From Lingula anatina (lineage: Eukaryota; Animalia; Brachiopoda): DNA of 64,000 nucleotides. The stretch covers positions 5,580,001 through 5,644,000 of the forward strand of contig CM120649.1 of the NCBI GenBank assembly GCA_051362555.1. The letters are read 5' to 3'. Shown one piece after another: positions 58,201 through 61,101 of the stretch (its first letter is position 1; each line of letters opens with the position of its first letter). The notes beneath the pieces were generated by a model. That model was not told the origin of the DNA. It was given only the letters and a program-made list of their open reading frames with translations, and did no database searches. Position numbers and translations under genes: made by a program.

Positions 58201-61054
58201 GCACGCGCTGAGCTGCGCCTCCGGTCCACTGCATCTTACACGTGAAGCGTGCACGGGGACGCTTGCATCCGCGTACGTCTAAAATGTGTAATAATAGTCA
58301 TATAGACATGATACTTTCAGTAAACAAGAAGATCTACTGATCAATTTATACTGTGGTGTCCTGTAAATATATATTGTTGGTAAATAATTACTTTTGCTGA
58401 CTCGTCGCATCATAATTTTTAGGATGATGAGTCTTATTGAATATTTGATATATAATTTTTACCCCTAAGGCCATAACATTTAATACAGGCAACAATTTGC
58501 TACATTGTTATTATTGTTAAAACGATTAGGATAGAGGGGTTATATAATAAAAGCGGCCCTGTTTGGCCAAATAACGAACAATCAATATTCATTGTTGCCT
58601 TCTTTCTTGCTATGAATGAGACTATAAAAGTTTGTGGTACACTGAGATGGAGGAGACATAAATATATATATTTGAGGGACGCTTAATTAATAAAGCTGCT
58701 GCCCTTGGAGAATGCTCCCCAACCCAAGCTACACTTACCACAAGTGATTCAGTTTTCCCATAATCGTAGTGGAGTTGGCGGCAAATAACGTCAGCAGCCG
58801 TGCGGTCAATGTTGGCCATAGTACCCCATACGCCATTGTGGTACAGCTCAACACGGCCAGAGAAATGTGTTCCAGCTAGTCGAACATCACCCTCCCCTGG
58901 AATTTAAAACGCTTAATACTTACGGTCTCTTTCACAAAGGAGCCCTAGACCAAAATTTGGTCTAAATTTTTAAACCCAGGATAAAGCTACCCAGCTAAAC
59001 CAAAGGCCACAGCTTGATTTTTCACTAGGTATTCACAGATAAGCCTGTCTCCAGCTAGTTTTGGAGTCTTTTTTTTTGCTGTCAGGCAAAATTTTTTACA
59101 TAAACTTAATTTCATGACTCAGCTAGCCTCTGTTATAGAGTGAGAGTAACAAAAACCAGTGGTAGTTTACTTCAGTGAAATATGGTTTCTGTGTAAGAGT
59201 TATAGTTATTCTAATCTAATGAGCCATAAAAGTTTTATTTTGAACTGAAAAAAATACCAAATTTGGGTCTGAATATCTTAAACACCAAACTTGGGTCCAA
59301 AATTCTTTTGTGAAACCGCGACCCACGTTGTAGGGCAGTAATTTTATTCCATTGAAAGAACTAGTGGTGAACCGTGACACGGAACAGAAAAACGTGTTGC
59401 TGCTAGTCAAATACTTCCTTGTACTTAGTTAAATATTACATGGAGGGCATGGGATTTTGTATGGATGGAGCAAGTTATAAAAATACGGCTAATTTCCATT
59501 CGTCGCATGGTTCAAATTCAACAATCGGGCTACGACATTACCTCAAAACTACGTCAGCATAATTCCCCAAGCGTGGTGCTAGTCTTACGTTTACTTTAGC
59601 GCACCTCTTTGTGTAGAATTCTTAACAAGCATGCGAAACACGCAAGAATGTGATTGCCTTTATGATTTATGGTTTAACATACACAAAGGTGTCCCTTATT
59701 GAGCTATTCTTGCCCCAATACAAGAATAAAGCACGTTTTAATTAACTTTTATTGACAATTGTTTATAATTCAAATTATACTAGTACTTAATTTCTACCTA
59801 CGGACATTTATCTGCGAGTTTTTTTTTTCTTTTACTTTTGTACAGTTCTTTTATGGCTAAAATGCTTTCCATGCACGTGGACATTTTATAAAATTTAGGG
59901 TTACTCTGCCTGCATTCTCGTCTCCGAGGGCATTTAGACGCTAGATCTATATTCTGACGTTTTCACCCTACTTAAATAGCTTATAAATAAAATACATGTA
60001 AAACTCAAGTGTGAGTTTTTAAAACAGTGAAGTCAAAATGTGTCATGGAAAGTGTAAATGTGTGTGCTTTTATCAGTTATTGTAACCACTCATCCATGTC
60101 CTCCTACCTGGATTATTTCTGTAGCAAACAACAGCCGCGTCTTCCTCGTGACCACAGGTGACATCACCACCCCACGTGACAATATGGCAGTCTGCTAGTG
60201 TGGCCTCACTTCCGGAACAGCTGACACTTGACAACCAGACAGTTCCCGTCCCCTAGTAAAACAGCACAGTTAACGATGATTATAAGTTTTATAATAAAGT
60301 AAGTAAAGGAAAATACCATGGAATGCATTACTCTGTTTAGGTATATCTGCTGAAAAATACTCGTCATTGGATTTAATATACTGAACTTGTACCTGTAGAT
60401 GAGATACCGTTGTTTAATTGAAGCCTGGATGAAAACATAATGATAAAACGAGGAATTCATTGCAATCCATTGCGTGGAAGTACTTAGAACACAAGAGATT
60501 TAACAAAATATCTTTAAAAAACGGTCCCTTAGACATCCTTAGTATGTTTATTACCTCTGCCAAGAAGGTTATGTTTTCACCTCCGTTTGTTTGTTTGTTT
60601 TTTTTTTGCTTCTCCGTTTGTTCGTCATTAGCCTAACTCAAAAAGTTACGGAAGGATTTTGAGGGCTGATTCAGATAGGTCGAAAATGGGCCGACTTAAG
60701 AGTGATTTAAATTTTTGGTGAAGATCATTTTGATTCAGTTAGATCATGGTTAAATTTTGGTTGGATGTTTTGGCGGAGGAGTGTTCTCTCTGGGTGCTTT
60801 TCTGAATTATACATGAGAGAGAGAGAGAGAGAGAGTAATAAAACCTTTCTATCACCTAAGTCTTATCATACACACCTGTCCGTACGATAGCCCCGTGACA
60901 GCCGTACCAAAGGCATACCCCAGTTGCCTGCAGACCACGTCAGCCTCAGTCTGTCCCCAGCGTGCATTGCATATAGTACCGTACTGGCCGGAGTGGTAGA
61001 CTTCTACCCTACCATAGACTAGGTCTGAGAATGAGCCGTTGTTCCTGAGTAGTA
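17375..61054 (-). CDS. Multi-exon type I membrane receptor: 10 SRCR, 3 MAM, 5 CCP/sushi, 4 HYR, GCC2/3, TM, Tyr-motif tail (5' exon(s) not located)
   Basis: 44 GT-AG exons joined with consistent phases and no internal stop, about 8.2 kb CDS; individual exons listed separately. Confidence 0.88.
18252..18726 (-). CDS. Receptor cytoplasmic exon
   Basis: ttatag|KRRNS...SYERL...DSGFSG...STYDEI...DLK|gtgagt; phase 2-0. Confidence 0.85.
18971..19055 (-). CDS. Receptor transmembrane exon
   Basis: ttttag|[29 protein letters not shown]|gtgagt; phase 1-2. Confidence 0.85.
19366..19647 (-). CDS. Two candidate small juxtamembrane exons (19591-19647, 19366-19410)
   Basis: Both have AG/GT ends and are phase 1-1 with open frames; no domain support. 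Confidence 0.4.
20032..20151 (-). CDS. Receptor exon: partial second GCC2/3 Cys-rich repeat
   Basis: [23 protein letters not shown]; phase 1-1. Confidence 0.8.
20508..20669 (-). CDS. Receptor exon: GCC2/GCC3 (ephrin-receptor-like) repeat
   Basis: [35 protein letters not shown]; phase 1-1. Confidence 0.88.
21274..21473 (-). CDS. Receptor exon (unnamed region before GCC repeat)
   Basis: Phase 2-1; ends [13 protein letters not shown]|gtaagt. Confidence 0.75.
21608..21830. repeat. Imperfect tandem duplication, about 127-bp period, intronic
   Basis: ACAAACAACATCGyCAATAT..AAAAGTCTTCAAA..AAATATACGT at about 21608 and 21735. Confidence 0.8.
21865..22093 (-). CDS. Receptor exon (Cys-containing unnamed region)
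   Basis: ttgcag|[12 protein letters not shown]...[15 protein letters not shown]...ag|gtatca; phase 1-2. Confidence 0.75.
22385..22491. mobile_element. Short fold-back MITE
   Basis: About 40-bp imperfect inverted arms CCCAGAATACACAGAACGTTATTATAAC / GTTATAATAACGTTCAGTGTTTGCTGGG. Confidence 0.65.
22572..22757 (-). CDS. Receptor exon: divergent CCP5
   Basis: [12 protein letters not shown]...C...[17 protein letters not shown]; phase 1-1. Confidence 0.8.
23052..23155 (-). CDS. Receptor exon: end of HYR4
   Basis: [27 protein letters not shown]; phase 2-1. Confidence 0.8.
23604..23814 (-). CDS. Receptor exon: end of HYR3 and start of HYR4
   Basis: [31 protein letters not shown]; phase 1-2. Confidence 0.85.
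24016..24335 (+). repeat. BEL 5' LTR
   Basis: TGTTAAGG...CGTAACA; identical by eye to 29848-30167; AATAAA at 24288. Confidence 0.97.
24422..29569 (+). CDS. BEL/Pao Gag-Pol polyprotein (1715 aa)
   Basis: Three Cys/His knuckles, protease [22 protein letters not shown], RNase H FSDAS and VPRLELSAA, integrase HHCC and DDE. Confidence 0.97.
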   Translation: MATQAEMLLLQAELKRVESDIDQTMCELEKHFNFTKSNIKKTSTPKNALTSCAPLTLCEQTTIAKELSKPRIQIQVFEGDPIKYVLFKRQFKSRIIETCDSDDEKLNYLLQYTRGEPHEITLGFAHLDASIGFKATWKEFERRYGDQEQIATSYINRALQWPVIKHDDYVALDKYGIFLRECEYAVKEIDAIPVLEYPDNLKRLMTKLPLKLHDKWRSIVYERKERGQKITFQVFVDFVQKEARKLADPIFGKVPPPPERPIPAPRRRVPAQTVLSSASASNNERHVHKCILCKEQHKLHQCPEMQEKTMDERIGIIKNNGLCFGCLAYGHRKHECRSKMKCQKCNSYHPTILHDDNYTSKVVGAAVCHTTHSSENVHSMIVPVVVHHEDNPDIYSVVYAVLDEQSDACFVKSSTLSELECKGKHVDIRLSTILGEKTVPSRKVRGLVVRGLNQETLIELPDTYSRDSIPVKRSQIPRPETAKKWPHLHSIADKITPYRPDIEVGLLLGVNCMKAIRGLEYIHGRGEEPYAYRCNLGWGIVGPVDKSRPIDENKSFGTHAFAFRTQVTEISPAEVCSLFDQGFDQQKDEKLSLQDQKFMKIMEEGIHFNEGFYEMPLPFKDGHPALPNNKPAAEIRLEQLRKRLIHNPKYYEHYNSFMQDLIDKCYAEESPHEDGGWYLPHHGVYHPKKREKLRVVFDASAKRENVALNDCLLKGPDQNNSLIGVLLRFREQPVAIMGDMENMFHRFKVKEEDRKFLQFLWWKDGDLSSNPITYRMTSHIFGAISSPACALYGLRKLAEDYQDEYSPDVIAFLKNDFYVDDGLKSIESSEEAIRLVRETRELLNKGNLRLHKLVSNNREVMNTIQMSERAKEMRNINLNRDTLPICPALGVQWCVEADSFQFKVQTNDKPLTRRGILSTVSSIFDPLGLVSPFILAGKKILQELCRDGAEWDDQVPESIRCRWERWRSDLLNLTKLNIPRCYKPNDFGEVTTAELHHFSDASVEGLGQCSYLRLKSNTGRIATTLVMGKSKVAPSKPVTVPRLELSAAVMSIKVGTFLAKELEYEDITHVYWTDSKVVLGYVNNDAKRFHVFVANRIQQIREVSQPSQWRHVKSSDNPADIASRGTGVTELLQNEQWWSGPDFLRIDEPLSTTDTQFRLAPDDPEVRKSEVNVFATKVETNHDHLSDVLKRFSSWNRATRVVTWCLRFIQKLKQAKNRKSTQQNTVETSNEPLNVQEIQVAEKIILKSTQIATFEKEIAILKAINREDNSEHTERKQARYRNEQIKKTSSLYRLDPFLCEDGLLRVGGRIKRSNLPRELTHPVILPKHHHVTNLIIDHYHTRCGHSGSGITLNEVRASGYWIISGHAKIGSYIWKCVTCRKLRANSQSQKMSDLPADRLEPAPPFTYSAVDFFGPFYVKEGRKQMKRYGAMFTCLASRAIHIEVAYSLSTDSFINCYRRFVCRRGPVRLLRADRGTNFIGVKGEQETAFMDMDQDKIRRELLKDHCDWIQFEMNVPHASHMGGVWERMIRSARNALSGLLTAHSDRLDDDTLSTLLIEAEAIVNSRPLTYIDTQSPDSPMPLSPNQLLTLKTKVVMPPTGNFIRKDTYLHRRWRHVQYLANEFWNRWRKEFLPTLQERKRWIKQHRDVQVGDIVLMIDDSAPRNQWPLGRIAETFQSADGYVRKVKLKVRDSTYERPVHKLILLLTGEDPVEEPK
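29848..30167 (+). repeat. BEL 3' LTR
   Basis: Direct repeat of 24016-24335. Confidence 0.97.
30409..30573 (-). CDS. Receptor exon: first part of HYR3
   Basis: [10 protein letters not shown]...[12 protein letters not shown]; phase 1-1. Confidence 0.85.
31224..31463 (-). CDS. Receptor exon: HYR2
   Basis: [11 protein letters not shown]...SWGEP...[12 protein letters not shown]...CTFHIQV. Confidence 0.88.
31923..32114 (-). CDS. Receptor exon: CCP4
   Basis: [10 protein letters not shown]...[13 protein letters not shown]...C...GHWSG...C. Confidence 0.9.
32581..32763 (-). CDS. Receptor exon: CCP3
   Basis: CSELP...[15 protein letters not shown]...C..QGVWSG..VNC. Confidence 0.9.
33089..33280 (-). 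CDS. Receptor exon: CCP2
   Basis: CPNLTLP...[13 protein letters not shown]...C...W....GAC. Confidence 0.9.
33340..33681. mobile_element. TTAA-targeting (Kolobok-type) MITE
   Basis: TTAA both sides; TIR AGG-GATAACTCTTCGT / ACGAAGAGTTATC-ATT-CCT; central palindrome at 33505-33540. Confidence 0.7.
34011..34253 (-). CDS. Receptor exon: HYR1
   Basis: [10 protein letters not shown]...[10 protein letters not shown]...FGEGVTHV...[17 protein letters not shown]. Confidence 0.9.
34373..34564 (-). CDS. Receptor exon: CCP1
   Basis: CAPLLPPP...CQQGYILQG...CQKDGIWS....EC. Confidence 0.9.
34948..35126 (-). CDS. Receptor exon: SRCR10 second half
   Basis: [16 protein letters not shown]...[17 protein letters not shown]. 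Confidence 0.9.
35636..35801 (-). CDS. Receptor exon: SRCR10 first half
   Basis: VRLRNG...EGLIEVY..GYWGTVC..GWD...VMCSALGF. Confidence 0.9.
36116..36285 (-). CDS. Receptor exon: SRCR9 second half
   Basis: [22 protein letters not shown]...[12 protein letters not shown]. Confidence 0.92.
36586..36733 (-). CDS. Receptor exon: SRCR9 first half
   Basis: VRL...[33 protein letters not shown]. Confidence 0.92.
37025..37369 (-). CDS. Receptor exon: MAM3 body
   Basis: [19 protein letters not shown]...QGDLW...[13 protein letters not shown]. Confidence 0.92.
37852..38007 (-). CDS. Receptor exon: MAM3 start
   Basis: IDCEFE....LCGY...W......GPAHDHT. Confidence 0.88.
38341..38510 (-). CDS. Receptor exon: SRCR8 second half
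   Basis: [19 protein letters not shown]...C...[12 protein letters not shown]. Confidence 0.9.
38851..39007 (-). CDS. Receptor exon: SRCR8 first half
   Basis: [40 protein letters not shown] (hand translation). Confidence 0.9.
39437..39605 (-). CDS. Receptor exon: SRCR7 second half
   Basis: [16 protein letters not shown]...C...[11 protein letters not shown]. Confidence 0.87.
40008..40156 (-). CDS. Receptor exon: SRCR7 first half
   Basis: [41 protein letters not shown] (hand translation). Confidence 0.9.
40552..40899 (-). CDS. Receptor exon: MAM2 body
   Basis: GHYIYLEAS...[16 protein letters not shown]...[12 protein letters not shown]. Confidence 0.92.
41166..41324 (-). CDS. Receptor exon: MAM2 start
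   Basis: LCDFES....WCSFTQD....W....G.TPS..TGPSTD. Confidence 0.88.
41764..41927. mobile_element. Small MITE (CAGGCCCG...CGGGCCTG)
   Basis: Terminal inverted repeats; flanks GAGTT / GAGAT (near 5-bp duplication). Confidence 0.55.
42065..42222 (-). CDS. Receptor exon: SRCR6 second half
   Basis: [19 protein letters not shown]...C...[12 protein letters not shown] (hand translation). Confidence 0.88.
42485..42656 (-). CDS. Receptor exon: SRCR6 first half
   Basis: LVGG....[33 protein letters not shown]. Confidence 0.92.
43044..43242 (-). CDS. Receptor exon: SRCR5 second part (divergent)
   Basis: VACKELGY...[13 protein letters not shown]...[12 protein letters not shown]; phase 0-1. Confidence 0.82.
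43653..43768 (-). CDS. Receptor exon: SRCR5 first part (divergent)
   Basis: [24 protein letters not shown]; phase 1-0. Confidence 0.8.
44408..44548 (-). CDS. Receptor exon: MAM1 end
   Basis: GNTWKHAEI...VVF...[15 protein letters not shown]. Confidence 0.9.
45026..45226 (-). CDS. Receptor exon: MAM1 middle
   Basis: GHYIYVEAS...AQLISP...[10 protein letters not shown]. Confidence 0.92.
45535..45709. mobile_element. Harbinger-type MITE
   Basis: TAA both sides; about 32-bp imperfect TIR containing TTCAGAACAGC.GACTAA.TAGTCC. Confidence 0.7.
45721..45977. mobile_element. MITE with perfect 30-bp TIRs containing CACAATG
   Basis: ACACACAATGGACAATAGAAGTGTCACCCC and its exact reverse complement; no TSD found. 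Confidence 0.7.
45988..46140 (-). CDS. Receptor exon: MAM1 start
   Basis: [13 protein letters not shown]...W......SGPINDHT (hand translation). Confidence 0.88.
46538..46709 (-). CDS. Receptor exon: SRCR4 second half
   Basis: [31 protein letters not shown]; phase 0-1. Confidence 0.88.
46797..47078 (-). repeat. Gypsy 3' LTR
   Basis: Identical by eye to 54743-55024; preceded on the minus strand by PPT AAAGTGGGGAGGAG (47079-47092). Confidence 0.97.
47422..52020 (-). CDS. pol: Gypsy Pol (protease, RT, RNase H, integrase, C-terminal PHD finger), entered by -1 frameshift
   Basis: LVDTGA, FLDD, TDAS, HHCC, DDE, WKGP, then C4HC3; frame open from the slippery site at 52020 to the stop at 47422. Confidence 0.95.
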   Translation of the reverse strand, partial: GKRQGVEVGGLSSIRDDARSDVKETDDKAREKGSEAEKRTPEPEVVYVNQIGSVSDYSLKIRVGDKTVRALVDTGARVTILSDSIYNSLKNPPRKLKDVQLWAAGRKMAMPGFIAGPIKLKIGHKWYTETVYVAPLEEEMLLGVDILRDRGQAMIDVGRGILHFDDMSLTLDCCLEKGVPQVARVMVSERRVIPPNSVVRVACKMDMDLDDYVIEPVERGACNFLVPRVIRNRGSDPIMVLINPSDRYKLLRKGSEIGRAFSYEKVVTSGQAFDEHVQCGSVSTESRVSSTTSSQTEEDVVRVNYSIPAPRRPKERPAEGEGEERPGVPPHLQKVFEESSTELSEDQQAQLGQVLTEFQDVFAQSEFDLGNFTALEHTIDTGQARPIKQRMRRTPVCFANEEEAHLQKMIQAGVIQESTSDWASAPVLIRKKDGSVRYCIDYRALNEVTTKDVFPLPLVDNCLDTLSGSVFFSKLDANSAYWQVPIREEDRKKTAFITKYGLYEHIRMAFGLCGAPATYARIMNLVFRGLSWKTVLAFLDDIVVLGASFEIHLQNLREALMRFRAYGLKLKPKKCSFFQRKIEFLGRVVTGDTLAMSEHDIQVVRDWPMPTCGKDVEKFMGLANYHRTFIKDFSKLAAPLYAMTGKNNFQWGEEQSVSFRSLKEALTSPPVLAIPRQDGEYILDTDASEYAIGAELLQVQDGEEKVVAYGSYGLTKEQRRYCTTRKELLAVVRFTRQYRHYLLGRPFMVRTDHSSLRWLMRFKEPQGQLARWLEELSQFNMVLSHRAGRLHANADALSRAGHTGQCLTFGTGVRLGDLPCGGCEYCKRAHSNWARFEEEVDDVVPLVIRGENQGGTRSVESDETSSDRQSNSGKTVNTVMVDSVRQFSELEVLGPVVDTSPDEKVEDMPEYQMLREVIENIPWDPGKSVRVNVITTRQQAKKMKRTPEVGSTGVESSSKEVGSTGVESRSTKVGSTGVESRSTKVDSKDIESRPAAVGSNRTESRSTVKAESKSTSGLRSWGYSVEEVKAAQKADHDVNLIREYVDNAIIPNQSTLFRGSKELKSYWLDREMFVMIDGVLYWSDPKTDDKKLVLPHGLRVKAIELHHCLPSAGHQGVSRTKERLRERFYWHKLGRDVDNFVRGCASCNQNKKSARHGRGALTEFQAGEPMERVHLDFLGPLPKSTRGNEYILMMVDQFTKWVECIPLPSQSAEETAQAAVEQFFSRFGVPFEIYTDQGRNFDSKLFTEVCRILEIHKARTTPYRPSSNGQIERYNRTLMDAVRCFTERSQNQWDSHLQQIAGALRSSVNRMTGFTANKLMLGREVNTPAGIMFPQKGREPSSTEGYVAELEADLQKAHETARGKLKVSSKRMKRDYDLRILERTYAVGDSVYILDAAGGRGKCKKLCPPWKGPGVIVERLSSYLYRVKVRNAVFVANHDRLKPCRDSEIPLWIQQWRKNPVVDSTVKGDDRVYCSCRQKWQGRFMIQCDYCSEWYHGSCVNITASDALSIKKYKCEDCTRRLVRPGHDPGKG
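49001..49179 (-). repeat. Coding 36-bp tandem repeat, five copies, in pol between RNase H and integrase
   Basis: Encodes (E/K)[11 protein letters not shown]-like units. Confidence 0.9.
51978..52020 (-). promoter_or_regulatory. -1 programmed ribosomal frameshift signal
   Basis: G GGA AAC in gag frame, 6-nt spacer, hairpin GGGTCGAGGTAGG / CCTATCCTCGATCC. Confidence 0.85.
51996..54479 (-). CDS. gag: Gypsy Gag with N-terminal helix-hairpin-helix domain and CCHC knuckle
   Basis: First ATG at 54479; FDGRGNW capsid-like region; [14 protein letters not shown]. Confidence 0.92.
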   Translation of the reverse strand: MENVHVIKVNSADVQELSLIPGVSDKIAETLVSARQNGGQITRELLQLITRKKLTDDVLELLDFTPNTTLSTVQQASGGNTSADQKMVSREPSSSSGFGIGCLWTSTPIRSPLSEVPRADERRMVSTPVQTGEGMREMVSTSVQTVVSTQTGDESELHRRYVNLEQAGVNQAPGGIPVGSRQESRGPARRPLSKIPWGITPIPENPGHGDDTEVKIPFTQDMRIPGRKTETSQVRQATVHWKTEPVPAYTRGSHENYGAMYQPGPFTQGQNGSTTGVRHVTLQPGVVTRDQCGPSLAFMQDGQQSGGFTQHQCGSNLAFMQDVHQPGGVTLDQCRPSLACVQGGQQQREVTRDQCGLYRDVRPTGWQPDQVTLDHYGPNHAYMHGEQLPGEFTLNHGGPNRENCGRGLEPFRQDWLRPDYGEPVPVTGISTQGYDCGGPYQAPVISQRRADVPWEPVPTNEASYPMEVGGRGVQGGHRGVQGGYSGVNGGHDGDHRSHGGWGSTVSAPTRKFNPPKNLVFDGRGNWTAFKSLFVRHAVREQWDDALSLDGLCWCLRGKAQDYYAILSQRVGGLTYQVLLHELEKRFGERDTPATAQSRFQSSVQESNESLDDWADRVLTLAGRAYEGLPESFTDMQAVNRFCAGLLDKEAGHAIYMRSPPTVREAVRLVRMHQQMYQVMEHTVPRRGRQGNPRVNQVATAEIPPTPEMSRLVQCMENMEKSIKSLQLDAKKKTPPNPDMSKWVQRMENMEKSIKSLQLDAKKKAIEKSGSPKAENWSKSESRPMDGTCFKCREKGHFIRECPRWGDALEKRQDKVSGAKQGNAKGSR
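54731..54741 (-). promoter_or_regulatory. Primer binding site, tRNA-Leu type
   Basis: TGGTGGCAGCG 1 nt after the 5' LTR; complementary to the CGCUGCCACCA 3' end of tRNA-Leu(AAG/UAG). Confidence 0.8.
54743..55024 (-). repeat. Gypsy 5' LTR
   Basis: TGTAGTG...TTTCTATA on the minus strand. Confidence 0.97.
55515..55654 (-). CDS. Receptor exon: SRCR4 first half
   Basis: [13 protein letters not shown]...[24 protein letters not shown]; phase 1-0. Confidence 0.9.
55712..56249 (-). mobile_element. Truncated Penelope-like retroelement with inverted pseudo-LTRs
   Basis: GIY-YIG endonuclease tail [10 protein letters not shown]...RKIREAINI.......NRDGG; about 170-bp inverted arms; 12-bp duplication TACCCAAGGAGT at 55700 and 56250. 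Confidence 0.85.
56566..56623. repeat. (ATATA)n microsatellite
   Basis: Direct reading. Confidence 0.9.
56851..57017 (-). CDS. Receptor exon: SRCR3 second half
   Basis: [21 protein letters not shown]...[11 protein letters not shown]. Confidence 0.92.
57581..57746 (-). CDS. Receptor exon: SRCR3 first half
   Basis: [40 protein letters not shown]. Confidence 0.92.
58122..58278 (-). CDS. Receptor exon: SRCR2 second half
   Basis: [13 protein letters not shown]...[12 protein letters not shown]; phase 0-1 (hand translation). Confidence 0.85.
58739..58896 (-). CDS. Receptor exon: SRCR2 first half
   Basis: VRLAG...[32 protein letters not shown]; phase 1-0. Confidence 0.87.
58925..59320. mobile_element. 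Degenerate MITE-like element
   Basis: Imperfect inverted ends TTTCACAAAGG...AGACCAAAATT / AATTTGGGTCT...TTTTGTGAAA. Confidence 0.4.
60108..60252 (-). CDS. Receptor exon: SRCR1 second half
   Basis: [22 protein letters not shown]...[15 protein letters not shown] (hand translation). Confidence 0.9.
60548..60808 (+). mobile_element. HINE/Helentron-like non-autonomous rolling-circle element
   Basis: TTATTACCTCTGCCAAGAAGG start, (GTTT)n, subterminal inverted TTGGCGGAGG, short 3' stem. Confidence 0.65.
60876..61054 (-). CDS. Receptor exon: SRCR1 first half (most upstream exon located)
   Basis: [33 protein letters not shown]; phase 1-0. Confidence 0.92.
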
Positions 61055-61056
61055 CT

Positions 61057-61058
<2 letters not shown>

Positions 61059-61098
<40 letters not shown>
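61059..61098. repeat. (AAT)n microsatellite
   Basis: Direct reading; abuts a splice acceptor. Confidence 0.95.
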
Positions 61099-61101
<3 letters not shown>

